A stretch of 32,000 nt of DNA from Massilicoli timonensis (GTDB lineage: Bacteria; Bacillota_I; Bacilli_A; Erysipelotrichales; Erysipelotrichaceae), in the NCBI RefSeq assembly GCF_900199515.1, contig NZ_LT963432.1:1-32000 (forward strand), in the 5' to 3' direction. Below are positions 1 through 7,769 of the stretch, piece by piece (the first letter of the stretch is position 1; each line of letters begins with the position of its first letter). The notes beneath the pieces were generated by a model. That model was not told the DNA's origin. It made no database searches and saw only the letters and a list, made by a program, of their open reading frames with translations. The position numbers and the translations under genes were made by a program.

Positions 1-60
1 CTTTCTAGCGTCCTTTTCCTTTTTCTTGAATCATTTCGATTCGGGTTTGAATTGACGTTT

Positions 61-81
61 TCCTGTTTAGTTTTCAAAGAC
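61..81 (-). promoter_or_regulatory. boxA-like rRNA-operon leader motif
   Basis: The minus strand reads GTCTTTGAAAACTAAACAGGA about 35 nt downstream of the strong promoter at 114-143. I recall the CTTTGAAAACTAAAC core from Bacillus/Firmicute rrn leaders and spacers. The 16S gene itself would lie left of position 1 and is not visible. Confidence 0.4.
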
Positions 82-113
82 CGACTTCTCGCACCCCTTT
101 TCGGTGCTCGCTT

Positions 114-170
114 ATAATATCAAATTCTTTCCCCTTATGTCAATCCCTTTTTTTTATTTTTTTCACTTTT
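114..170 (-). promoter_or_regulatory. strong sigma-A type promoter with A-rich UP-like tract (rRNA-type), firing leftward
   Basis: The minus strand reads AAAAAAATAAAAAAAAGGGA-TTGACA-(18 nt)-TATTAT. The -35 is a perfect TTGACA (138-143). The -10 TATTAT (114-119) is preceded by TGa, an extended -10. An A-tract at 144-170 lies upstream. Confidence 0.55.
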
Positions 171-458
171 TATGTTCTTTTTTTCTATCTACATCATTTA
201 CTGTATTTTATGTATCATTTTATCTGCATTTTACATGCTTCTTTGTCATTAAATTGTTTCAATCATTTACTCATTCTTTGCTCGCTTCTATGTCGATCTT
301 AGTTGAATTGAACGATTCCCTATCTTTGATGTTGATTTCTCCCGTTATACGATTCGTCAGATGCATGTGTCTAAGGCATGAAAGCCTTTTTTATGTCATC
401 CTTCCATCAATTCGATGAACCCGCTCTTTCTTACCTCGCCATTGCAACCATAAGAAAA

Positions 459-484
459 TAAAAAAAATCGCACTTTCATGCGAT
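459..484 (-). terminator. rho-independent terminator downstream of tRNA-Leu
   Basis: The minus strand reads ATCGCA-TGAAAG-TGCGAT followed by TTTTTTTT. This is a 6-bp perfect stem at 467-484 with a T-run at 460-467. Confidence 0.6.
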
Positions 485-497
485 GCTCTCAAAAAAC

Positions 498-582
498 TGG
501 TGCCGCTGATGGGACTTGAACCCATATGGATTTCTCCGTACGATTTTGAGTCGTATGCGTCTGCCGGTTCCGCCACAGCGGC
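498..582 (-). tRNA. tRNA-Leu (anticodon CAA), encoded CCA end
   Basis: Hand-folded cloverleaf:
- acceptor stem GCCGCTG/CAGCGGC
- anticodon stem TACGA/TCGTA with loop CTCAAAA
- long variable arm (GGA-GAAA-TCC)
- T arm ATGGG-TTCAAGT-CCCAT
- discriminator A plus CCA
Total length is 85 nt. Confidence 0.9.
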
Positions 583-606
583 ACTTTTTGCCTTTAAGGC
601 TTCCTC

Positions 607-635
607 ATTATAGCGAAAAACAAAACAAATTGCAA
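607..635 (-). promoter_or_regulatory. promoter of tRNA-Leu
   Basis: The minus strand reads TTGCAA (630-635), a 17-nt spacer, then TATAAT (607-612). This is about 25 nt upstream of the tRNA 5' end. Confidence 0.55.
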
Positions 636-699
636 GCAACTTTTTCAAAAATATGATCAACAACGTAATTTTCCTATTTTATCCGTTCAAGCATACGAA

Positions 700-1401
700 T
701 TACTTTTCGATCTTAGCGATCATTTCCTCATATTGCTGTTCTGTGATTTTTTCATCGCGCAGCATCGCTTCCAACACGACCTTCTGCCGCTTACGGGCAA
801 CCGTTTCATGATTGCTCAGCTGATAATTCGACGGTGATTGCGGTATGCCGGCCAATAACGATGCCTGATCCAAATTCAAAGCAGACGGTGCGATCTGAAA
901 ATATCCCTCCGCGGCCTGTTTGATTCCGATATGATTGTCCCCATAATTGATTACATTGACATATAGCTCTAAGATTTCTTCCTTTGTATAATGCTCCTCC
1001 AGATCCTTCGCCATAAAAATTTCCGCCGCCTTGCGAACAACGGAAGGCTCGTAACCGAAATATAAGTTCTTTGCCAACTGCTGCGTGATCGTGCTCCCGC
1101 CGCTTACGATGCCATTATAAAATACATTAGAAGCGATCGCCCGTGCGGTTGCGAGATAGTCGATTCCCCCGTGCGTATAAAACCGTTTATCTTCCACCGA
1201 AACCGTAGCATCCAGCAAATAAGGCGCGATCTCATCATAGGTTACATAATCAGGCTGTTTTCTGATTTTCTCGATTTTTTCGCTCAGCGGCATTTCTTTC
1301 AGCGCATCGCGATACTCCATGTATCCCGCAATACCGAGTGCACCGATCGCAAAGACAAAAAGCAGAACTAAAATCAACAGGACTCGTTTTATGATTTTCA
1401 C
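700..1401 (-). CDS. monofunctional peptidoglycan glycosyltransferase (GT51 transglycosylase domain only)
   Basis: An N-terminal TM helix is followed by GT51 motifs: EDKRFYTHGGIDY, GGSTITQQLAKNLY and RKxxE. There is no transpeptidase domain. The ORF track starts at GTG 1410. I prefer GTG 1401 because AGGTGA sits 5 nt upstream and the -10 box is at 1419-1424. Confidence 0.85.
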   Translation of the reverse strand: MKIIKRVLLILVLLFVFAIGALGIAGYMEYRDALKEMPLSEKIEKIRKQPDYVTYDEIAPYLLDATVSVEDKRFYTHGGIDYLATARAIASNVFYNGIVSGGSTITQQLAKNLYFGYEPSVVRKAAEIFMAKDLEEHYTKEEILELYVNVINYGDNHIGIKQAAEGYFQIAPSALNLDQASLLAGIPQSPSNYQLSNHETVARKRQKVVLEAMLRDEKITEQQYEEMIAKIEK

Positions 1402-1417
1402 ATCTATCACCTGTTTT

Positions 1418-1427
1418 CATTATAGCA
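1418..1427 (-). promoter_or_regulatory. extended -10 promoter element (TGCTATAATG)
   Basis: The minus strand reads TGcTATAAT, about 17 nt upstream of the preferred start of the transglycosylase gene. The -35 is weak. Confidence 0.45.
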
Positions 1428-1489
1428 CAATCACCTTTGAACGTAACTTACAGTTTCGTCATATCTTCCTTCAATAGAACAGCATTGAC

Positions 1490-1511
1490 AAAAAAACACG
1501 CCGAAGCGTGC
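1490..1511 (-). terminator. rho-independent terminator after yneF-like gene
   Basis: The minus strand reads GCACGC-TTCG-GCGTGT followed by TTTTTTT. It begins 2 nt after the stop codon. Confidence 0.7.
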
Positions 1512-1512
1512 A

Positions 1513-1731
1513 TTATTTGTTCATGTTCATAGATTTCATGATCTGTTTGATTTGCGCCTCGGAAGGTTTTCTTCCCATTTGCAAAAACATTGCCCGAATC
1601 ATCTTTTCATTGATCGGCGGATTTTCTTTCAGCTCTTTTTCAAACTTCTTTCTTGTAAAGTAGAATCCTAATATGCCACCGATTACTAAGCCAACCAGTG
1701 TGCAAATGACAGACATCCAAAAATCACCCAT
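1513..1731 (-). CDS. yneF: UPF0154 family small membrane protein (YneF-like)
   Basis: The 72-aa product has one N-terminal TM helix followed by KKFEKELKENPPINEKMIRAMFLQMGRKPSEAQIKQIMKSM, which is typical of UPF0154/YneF. AGGAGGA lies 7 nt before the ATG. Confidence 0.85.
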   Translation of the reverse strand: MGDFWMSVICTLVGLVIGGILGFYFTRKKFEKELKENPPINEKMIRAMFLQMGRKPSEAQIKQIMKSMNMNK

Positions 1732-1764
1732 AATTAAATCCTCCTAACATACGCTATTATTCTA

Positions 1765-2139
1765 CTATTTTTTCTCAGCTTTTACAATAGTAACCGCATG
1801 AAATTCATCAATTACGATCGTTTGTGGGTAATGACGCCGGAAGTAGTAAAAGAGCGGATTTTGTGAATAATCGTTGATAGCGGCGCCGTATGGAATCTGA
1901 TCGATGCGATACTGCTCATGATCAGACACCTGCCAGCAAATGCCTTTTGCATCACTGTAAATCGCTTCTTCCTCAAAGAAACGCTTTGCGCCCGCTAACA
2001 GTTTAGCAAAATCCATCTTCATGACGATTGCTTCTAACTGTTTTTGATCGCCATGCGCAAGCAGACGATCGAATAATTTGGGATACTGCTCGAACACGCT
2101 TTGAAAAGACGGTTTCAATGCATAAAAACAATACTTCAT
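1765..2139 (-). CDS. hypothetical cytosolic protein (124 aa)
   Basis: Clean ORF with an ATG start and weak GGTGATG SD. It sits between a terminator (2214-2240) and yneF. I recognise no family motif. Confidence 0.55.
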   Translation of the reverse strand: MKYCFYALKPSFQSVFEQYPKLFDRLLAHGDQKQLEAIVMKMDFAKLLAGAKRFFEEEAIYSDAKGICWQVSDHEQYRIDQIPYGAAINDYSQNPLFYYFRRHYPQTIVIDEFHAVTIVKAEKK

Positions 2140-2213
2140 AACATCACCGCTTCAAGGATACCAAAGCTTATGCAAGATCATTGTCGAATGATGACAGGCT
2201 GTTCATCGCTTGT

Positions 2214-2240
2214 AAAAAAAGGAACGAAGTCAATCGTTCC
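2214..2240 (-). terminator. rho-independent terminator after S9 peptidase gene
   Basis: The minus strand reads GGAACGA-TTGACT-TCGTTCC followed by TTTTTTT. The stem abuts the TAG stop. Confidence 0.65.
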
Positions 2241-4237
2241 TAATCAGTTTCTTTTTTTTCTGCTGTATATTTGGTGATCCAATCCGTGATTTCCTGTAAT
2301 CTTCTTAACCGATGCAGCGGTTTTCCGCTTCGTGACAGCTCATGGTTCTCTCCATGGAACAAGCAGAGCCGGCTGTCTACGCCAAACGCTTTCAAAGCGC
2401 TATACATCTGATACCCCTCTGAGATCGGGCAACGGTAATCGCAGTCACTATGAATAAACAAAGTCGGGGTCTTCACGTGGTCTGCATAAGCAAGCGGTGA
2501 ATGGAACCACAGCTTTTCCATATTATCCCATGCGGTCGCCTGCTGCTGATCTTTGGCAAAACGCATGCCGATATCGCTTGTATTTTCAAATGAGATCCAG
2601 TTGGCAATCGAACGCTGTGAAGCCGCTGCCGCAAAACGATCGGTATGGGTGATGATCCAGTTGGTCATAAAACCGCCATAAGAGCCGCCGGTAACTGCCA
2701 TGCGGGTTTGATCGATCTGTGGATATGTGTCCAAGACAAAATCACAGAAGCGCATGATGTCGTCATAATCGATCGTACCGTATTTCCCGCGAATATCCAT
2801 AAAGGTATTGCCGCGTCCATCGCCGCCGCGCGGATTTAAGAAAAATACGATATAGCCGGCATTGGCCCATGCCTGCATTTCATGATAGAACACCGGGCCA
2901 TAGACCGTCTTCGGGCCGCCGTGAATATCTAATATTGCCGGATAACGCTTGCTTTCATCGAAATCAGGCGGCAGCATGACCCAGCCATGGATCGCAACAT
3001 CATCGCTGTTGATCGTGTACGAATGCAGGGAACAGGTCGCATATTCGCTCATCCAATCATGAAAGTGGGTAAGCTGCTTTAAGGTTCCTTCTTGATAGCG
3101 GTACAGTTCCTGTAATTTCATATCATACATACCTACGCATACGAGGCCTTCTTTACCGATATCAAAGCAGTCGCATGATCCCTCCAGATCCAGATAAGGG
3201 CGGATCGCTCCCGTTTTATCGAGCGCATAGATCACGCTGCTGTGCAGACGAGTCGTCAAAAAATAGTAAACATCATCTTTTACCATCGTCGCTTGACCGC
3301 CGCCCAAACGGCAGTCGCTGCCGACCGAATTGCCAATGCTTTCGCCATATTCCGCAAACAGCGAACAGGTATGTGTCGCCAGATCGATCTGATAGAAGTC
3401 AGGATTTTCATTTAATCCATATCGTTTTCCTTCTGTTCCCGCAAACAATACCTGATCGTTTAAGAAGTTGATATCATGGATCAGGAAGCGATCGCCTTTC
3501 AAGATCGTTTCCAACCGTTTTTCTTTTAGATCGTAAAGCAGGATCGCATCATGTTCGCTTGTGCAATGCACTTGATGATTGACGACGATTGCGACTTTCG
3601 TATGATCCGTATTTAATACAAAGTCATTTACCTGCATCGTTTTGTCATAAAGGATCGCCTCGCATGTATCCTTGCTTTCATCGTATAGGAACAAGCCGGT
3701 GCGCTTGGCATCAATAAAACCGGCGCCGTTGAAATAAAACGGCAGATCTTCCAGTACTTCATAATCTTTATCCGCCTGCATGGCCGCAAAGCTTTCCTTT
3801 GCCTGTGCTTCACTTTTGCCAAATGTTTCAAAGCGGGTATGATACGATGCACAAAACAAATACTGCTGCGGCGCTACCTTTTCCATCTTGCCTGCCTGTA
3901 GCGGCAACGCAAAGGCACGATGTGCTTCCCCACCCTTTAACGGTAAACGATAATATACAGTAAGCGGCTGCTCTTCACTTTTCTTTTGGTCTTCTTCCAA
4001 GCGCATGGAAGCAAACAACAAAGTGTCGTCATCATCCCAGATAAAGCTGCTTTCTTTGCCGGTAAAGGTCAGCTGTCGGTAATCGCCGTCCTCATACAAA
4101 TACAGATCATGGTCATAGCCATTGGTTTTGATATTCGCCTTGGATACCGTAAACGCCAAGCGTTTGCCATTAGGCGAATAAGCCACATTTCCTAAAAAGC
4201 GATACTGATAAAATGTATCTAATTCGATTTTCTTCAT
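2240..4237 (-). CDS. S9 family serine peptidase (prolyl oligopeptidase / acylaminoacyl-peptidase type)
   Basis: The 665-aa product has an N-terminal beta-propeller-like half. The C-terminal alpha/beta hydrolase half carries the nucleophile elbow GGSYGGFM, an Asp in HSDCDYRCP and a His in HGENHELS. AGGTGA lies before the ATG. Confidence 0.9.
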   Translation of the reverse strand: MKKIELDTFYQYRFLGNVAYSPNGKRLAFTVSKANIKTNGYDHDLYLYEDGDYRQLTFTGKESSFIWDDDDTLLFASMRLEEDQKKSEEQPLTVYYRLPLKGGEAHRAFALPLQAGKMEKVAPQQYLFCASYHTRFETFGKSEAQAKESFAAMQADKDYEVLEDLPFYFNGAGFIDAKRTGLFLYDESKDTCEAILYDKTMQVNDFVLNTDHTKVAIVVNHQVHCTSEHDAILLYDLKEKRLETILKGDRFLIHDINFLNDQVLFAGTEGKRYGLNENPDFYQIDLATHTCSLFAEYGESIGNSVGSDCRLGGGQATMVKDDVYYFLTTRLHSSVIYALDKTGAIRPYLDLEGSCDCFDIGKEGLVCVGMYDMKLQELYRYQEGTLKQLTHFHDWMSEYATCSLHSYTINSDDVAIHGWVMLPPDFDESKRYPAILDIHGGPKTVYGPVFYHEMQAWANAGYIVFFLNPRGGDGRGNTFMDIRGKYGTIDYDDIMRFCDFVLDTYPQIDQTRMAVTGGSYGGFMTNWIITHTDRFAAAASQRSIANWISFENTSDIGMRFAKDQQQATAWDNMEKLWFHSPLAYADHVKTPTLFIHSDCDYRCPISEGYQMYSALKAFGVDSRLCLFHGENHELSRSGKPLHRLRRLQEITDWITKYTAEKKETD

Positions 4238-4261
4238 AATTCACCTGCTTTCTTTGCCTAT

Positions 4262-4271
4262 CATTATAGCA
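4262..4271 (-). promoter_or_regulatory. extended -10 promoter element (TGCTATAATG) for S9 peptidase gene
   Basis: The minus strand reads GTGcTATAATG, 25 nt upstream of the ATG at 4237. A second TATAAT lies at 4304-4309. Confidence 0.45.
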
Positions 4272-4325
4272 CTATTCCGGCAGTACAAACTAGGAAAATC
4301 ATCATTATACATTTTGTTTCATGAT

Positions 4326-6011
4326 TTATTTTTCAATCCTTACCTGATAATGGTTTGCCCATACATGGATCTGATAAAGATAAGCGAGCAATTGCGGTCC
4401 GCTCATCAGCTGGCCATACCATGGCTGTTGATAGCTTTCTCCGCCGCTTTCAATGAGCGCGTGCAGTTTCTGTGCATCGAATAACTGATGCAGCACGCTG
4501 TCCGGGTCCGCACATGCTTCTTTCAGTTTTGCGGCGATCAGTTTGGCATAATGCGGATGATGGGTTTTCGGATAAGGATTTTTCTTGCGATGAAGGATCG
4601 CATCCGGCAATGCTTCAGCAAACGCCTTGCGCAGGATCCCCTTTTCTTCGCCATCCGCAAATTTCATCGTCCATGGGATATTATAGGCATAATCGAAAAT
4701 GCGCGGATCGGCAAAAGGCGCAAACACCCGCAAACCGGCGCCATCGCTCATTGTGGCCTGCCTTACGGTCAGCGTCTGCATGAACCAGTGGACGACCAAC
4801 ATCGTATGCACACGGGCGCGATAATCCGCCTCACTGTCTTCTGCCAAGCGCTGTACTTTGGCAACCGTCTGATCATAGCGTTTTTTTGCGTATTCTGCTA
4901 AAGGCAGATCTTTTAGATCCTCATGAAGCAGACGGACGCGGTCCATGCTGTATCGGGTCCATGGAAACGTATCACATTGCAGTTCTTCCCGATACTCCCA
5001 TGGATAGCCGCAAAATGCTTCGTCACTGCATTCACCGCTGAATACCGCATGCACGCCGTCCTCTTTGATTCGCTGAAACAGCCACAGCATGCTTGCATCC
5101 ACATCTGCCATGCCCGGGAATCCTCTTTTCAAACAGGCGTTCGCCACCTCATCGCAAAGCGTTTGCTGGGAAATGGTAAATAATTGATGTGGAAAGCCAA
5201 AGCGCTTTACCATCAAATCAATATAGTGCGCGTCTAAGGAAACTTGAAAGGTATTGCCGACAAAATGTTCGCTGTTGCCTTCATAATCCAGCGCATAAGT
5301 CCTGAAGCCTTCTTGCTTTGCGCCAACCGCACATAAGATGCTGCTGTCTAAGCCACCGGAAAGCAAAGATCCCTGCACATAGGGCAGCTGCTCATGGATC
5401 GATGCAGTGATCAGATCACGCACCTTTTGAACCGTCTGCTCAAATGTATCCTCATGCCGGCAAGCGCGCAGTTCATAATAAACATGCGTTTCCACCTGTC
5501 CGCTTTTTAGCTGATAGACGCCATACTCTCCCATTGCCGGCATCCGCACATCCCGATAAAGCGTCTGATGCTCATCCATCGCCGGACCGATCGCAAATAA
5601 CTGGGTCAAGCCGTCACGATCCACCACCGGCTCAAACAATCCCATTTCATATAACTGATTGATGTCGCTGCCGCAGAAGAAACCATCTTTCATTCCATAG
5701 TAAAGAGGATGCAGTCCCAAAGCATCCTTGGCAAAGTAAAAGGTTGACTCATCAAACAAGGCAAACGCAAACGCACCGCGCATATGAGAAACGAGATCTT
5801 CGCCCCATTTCTGCCAGCCACAGTAAATCGCTTCCGGCAAGGTCGTCGTCTGTGTCTGCTCCAACAATTCCGCTTCATTAAACAAAGTACCGTCGATCGC
5901 AAAATGAATATTGCCATACGCCTCAAAACCGCAGAAATTACCTGCTTTGCTCTGTACGATCGGCCGCTTATCTTTCAACATCGCCTTTGTGGCAAATAAA
6001 AAACCGTTCAT
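4326..6011 (-). CDS. asparagine synthase family protein with degenerate N-terminal glutaminase domain
   Basis: The C-terminal synthetase domain carries the PP-loop SLLSGGLDSS. The N-terminus is MNGFLF..., not MCG. An in-frame stop lies 3 codons upstream of the ATG, so no extension is possible. Confidence 0.85.
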   Translation of the reverse strand: MNGFLFATKAMLKDKRPIVQSKAGNFCGFEAYGNIHFAIDGTLFNEAELLEQTQTTTLPEAIYCGWQKWGEDLVSHMRGAFAFALFDESTFYFAKDALGLHPLYYGMKDGFFCGSDINQLYEMGLFEPVVDRDGLTQLFAIGPAMDEHQTLYRDVRMPAMGEYGVYQLKSGQVETHVYYELRACRHEDTFEQTVQKVRDLITASIHEQLPYVQGSLLSGGLDSSILCAVGAKQEGFRTYALDYEGNSEHFVGNTFQVSLDAHYIDLMVKRFGFPHQLFTISQQTLCDEVANACLKRGFPGMADVDASMLWLFQRIKEDGVHAVFSGECSDEAFCGYPWEYREELQCDTFPWTRYSMDRVRLLHEDLKDLPLAEYAKKRYDQTVAKVQRLAEDSEADYRARVHTMLVVHWFMQTLTVRQATMSDGAGLRVFAPFADPRIFDYAYNIPWTMKFADGEEKGILRKAFAEALPDAILHRKKNPYPKTHHPHYAKLIAAKLKEACADPDSVLHQLFDAQKLHALIESGGESYQQPWYGQLMSGPQLLAYLYQIHVWANHYQVRIEK

Positions 6012-6065
6012 ATGATCTCACCTCAATTTACTATACGAGGCAAAACACCTTTTCATGCCAAAAAT

Positions 6066-7142
6066 TTAAGCGTCCTCTCCTTTGCGCACCTTATGAAATT
6101 CCTCATTCAGCTTTCTTACGGTTATCGAAAGCGCATGGAAATCCTGATACGTTTTTTCATAATCCTTGACAACGCTTTGATAACGCTGTTCAAAGCGTTC
6201 GAATTCACGTCCCAGCCGCTTTAATCCCCGTTTGATCTCCTCGATATGCTCGCTTTGCAAATGATCGAGATAGACGCTCTTCATCACGCTGAGATACGCC
6301 ATCAAAGTAGAAGGAGAAGCCAGATAGACACGTTTGCCATAGCCCTCTTCCACCAGTGCCGGCAAATGGGCATGGATATAAGCGAATATCGCTTCCGCCG
6401 GGATAAACAAATACGCAAATTCAGCGGTTTCATCAGGAATGATATATTTTTCCGCAATCGAAACGATCTGTTTTTTTACATCCGCCGCAAATAATTTACG
6501 AAAACGCGCTTCTTCCTCCTTGCTGCCCGCCGCCATCATGCGCCGATAGTTTTCCAGCGGGAATTTGGAGTCGATACAAATCATCGCTCCTGCCTGATGC
6601 AGCAGCACACAATCGGCGATCACTCCGCTTGATAGCTTCATCTGCTTGCGATAATACATTCCTTCTTCTCCATACACGCTCCTCATCAAAGCGTACAGCT
6701 CTACTTCCCCATAAATGCCTCTGGCTTTCTTATCGTGAAAGATCAACTGCAGATCATGCACCGTTTCTGAAAGAGAACGCAGCGTCTTGCTTGATTCATC
6801 TACCCGCGCCACTTGCTCCAGCACCTGCTGAAACATCTGATTGTTCGTTTGCATCGACGTTTGCAGATCGCTGCTGACACTGCGACTCATCATCATGATC
6901 TGCTGCTGGGTCATACTTTGAAATTCCAACAGCAATGACTGTAACTGATCTTTCCATAGCAGCATCATCCGTTCCTGCTCCTTTTGAAGCTGCGCCTGCA
7001 TGCCCTGCTTTTCCTCCTGCCATTCCTGCATTTGTCTGCGGCTTCGCTTACGCATGGTCTGCGCTTGTATCCCCACCAGTCCGATCACCAGCAATAAAAC
7101 GATCACCAAGGCCCCAAGCAAGATCCAAATGCTTCCTTCCAT
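6066..7142 (-). CDS. rmuC: DNA recombination protein RmuC
   Basis: An N-terminal TM helix is followed by a Q/M-rich coiled coil and a C-terminal RmuC nuclease-like core (CIDSKFPLENY, FIPAEAIFAY). The ORF track starts at GTG 7151. The ATG at 7142 has AGGTGG 5 nt upstream. Confidence 0.85.
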   Translation of the reverse strand: MEGSIWILLGALVIVLLLVIGLVGIQAQTMRKRSRRQMQEWQEEKQGMQAQLQKEQERMMLLWKDQLQSLLLEFQSMTQQQIMMMSRSVSSDLQTSMQTNNQMFQQVLEQVARVDESSKTLRSLSETVHDLQLIFHDKKARGIYGEVELYALMRSVYGEEGMYYRKQMKLSSGVIADCVLLHQAGAMICIDSKFPLENYRRMMAAGSKEEEARFRKLFAADVKKQIVSIAEKYIIPDETAEFAYLFIPAEAIFAYIHAHLPALVEEGYGKRVYLASPSTLMAYLSVMKSVYLDHLQSEHIEEIKRGLKRLGREFERFEQRYQSVVKDYEKTYQDFHALSITVRKLNEEFHKVRKGEDA

Positions 7143-7196
7143 TTTCACCACCTGCTCTCCTATCAGGATTATACAATAAAACGATCATCCTTTCAT

Positions 7197-7685
7197 CTAT
7201 TCATTCTGATTTCCCCGTTTTTCATCCGCAAAAATACTTAAAACATCCTGTTCATAGCACACCCGCTTCTGCTCTAATTTCGCCAAATAGAGCGCACAGC
7301 GTTTTCTTTGCAGCTTCACGACTCGAACATCTGCCGGAAATAAAAATTCCCGCCCGTTCAGAAAACGGATCCAGCAGGTTTTCTTCGTACATGGCGCCAC
7401 GCTTTCGATATAGCGCTCATTGATCCAATAGTTGATGGTTCGCCGCAGATCAAACAAAGGAAAATACATCTCCCTTGTCGCTTCATCAATTAAAATCGGC
7501 ACCTTCTGCATGATCCCCAGCGTTTTCATGATCGCCTGTCTTCTTCCTTCCAAAGAGCTTCCATGTGCATAGCAGAAGTGATCCAATAATTTTAATCCAT
7601 TGATATGTAGCTTCTGATCAGATCCATCTTGCAGAACCAACAGCGTATCTTTTCGCCGCTTATCTGTTCGAATATACAAAACCAC
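7197..7685 (-). CDS. comK: ComK family competence transcription factor
   Basis: The segment LLDHFCYAHGSSLEGRRQAIMKTLGIMQKVPILIDEATREMYFPLFDLRRTINYWINERYI aligns motif-for-motif with B. subtilis ComK as I recall it (C..FGSS..GRK...K.PI.....FFP....WI). It has a GTG start with a GGGAGGGGG SD. Confidence 0.75.
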   Translation of the reverse strand: MVLYIRTDKRRKDTLLVLQDGSDQKLHINGLKLLDHFCYAHGSSLEGRRQAIMKTLGIMQKVPILIDEATREMYFPLFDLRRTINYWINERYIESVAPCTKKTCWIRFLNGREFLFPADVRVVKLQRKRCALYLAKLEQKRVCYEQDVLSIFADEKRGNQNE

Positions 7686-7705
7686 CTGTATCCCCCTCCC
7701 ATACC

Positions 7706-7714
7706 CTTATATCA
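7706..7714 (-). promoter_or_regulatory. candidate extended -10 (TGaTATAAG) upstream of comK
   Basis: The minus strand reads CCTGATATAAG, about 20 nt upstream of the GTG at 7685. The -35 is poor. Confidence 0.3.
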
Positions 7715-7742
7715 GGTCATACGCAAAAATAGCGCGTTACCC

Positions 7743-7769
7743 TAAAAAGAAGGAAAAATTTTCCTTCTT
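7743..7769 (-). terminator. rho-independent terminator after PG-binding protein gene
   Basis: The minus strand reads AAGAAGGA-AAATTTT-TCCTTCTT followed by TTTA. The 8-bp perfect stem overlaps the stop codon. Confidence 0.55.

Noticed and set aside
373-392. Plus-strand hairpin AAGGC-ATGAAA-GCCTT followed by TTTTTT (possible plus-strand terminator or sRNA end)
   Set aside because: The stem is only 5-6 bp, and no plus-strand promoter or gene feeds it. It sits in AT-rich upstream DNA of the leftward promoter. The evidence is insufficient.
104-418. 104-aa plus-strand ORF (MLAYNIKFFPLMSIPFFYFF...)
   Set aside because: The product is an F/L/S-rich, low-complexity translation of T-rich promoter and UP-element DNA. 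There is no SD. It lies antisense to an rRNA-type promoter and leader.
391-663. 90-aa minus-strand ORF
   Set aside because: It reads straight through the tRNA-Leu gene with its promoter and terminator, so it is explained by the tRNA.
2240-6065. Lasso-peptide cluster idea (AsnB-like cyclase plus S9 isopeptidase-like peptidase)
   Set aside because: Neither flanking gap (4238-4325, 6012-6065) holds a precursor-peptide ORF. There is no transglutaminase-like leader peptidase (B protein), no RRE and no ABC exporter nearby. The S9 gene has its own promoter. The unusual N-terminus is kept only as an enzyme-level observation.
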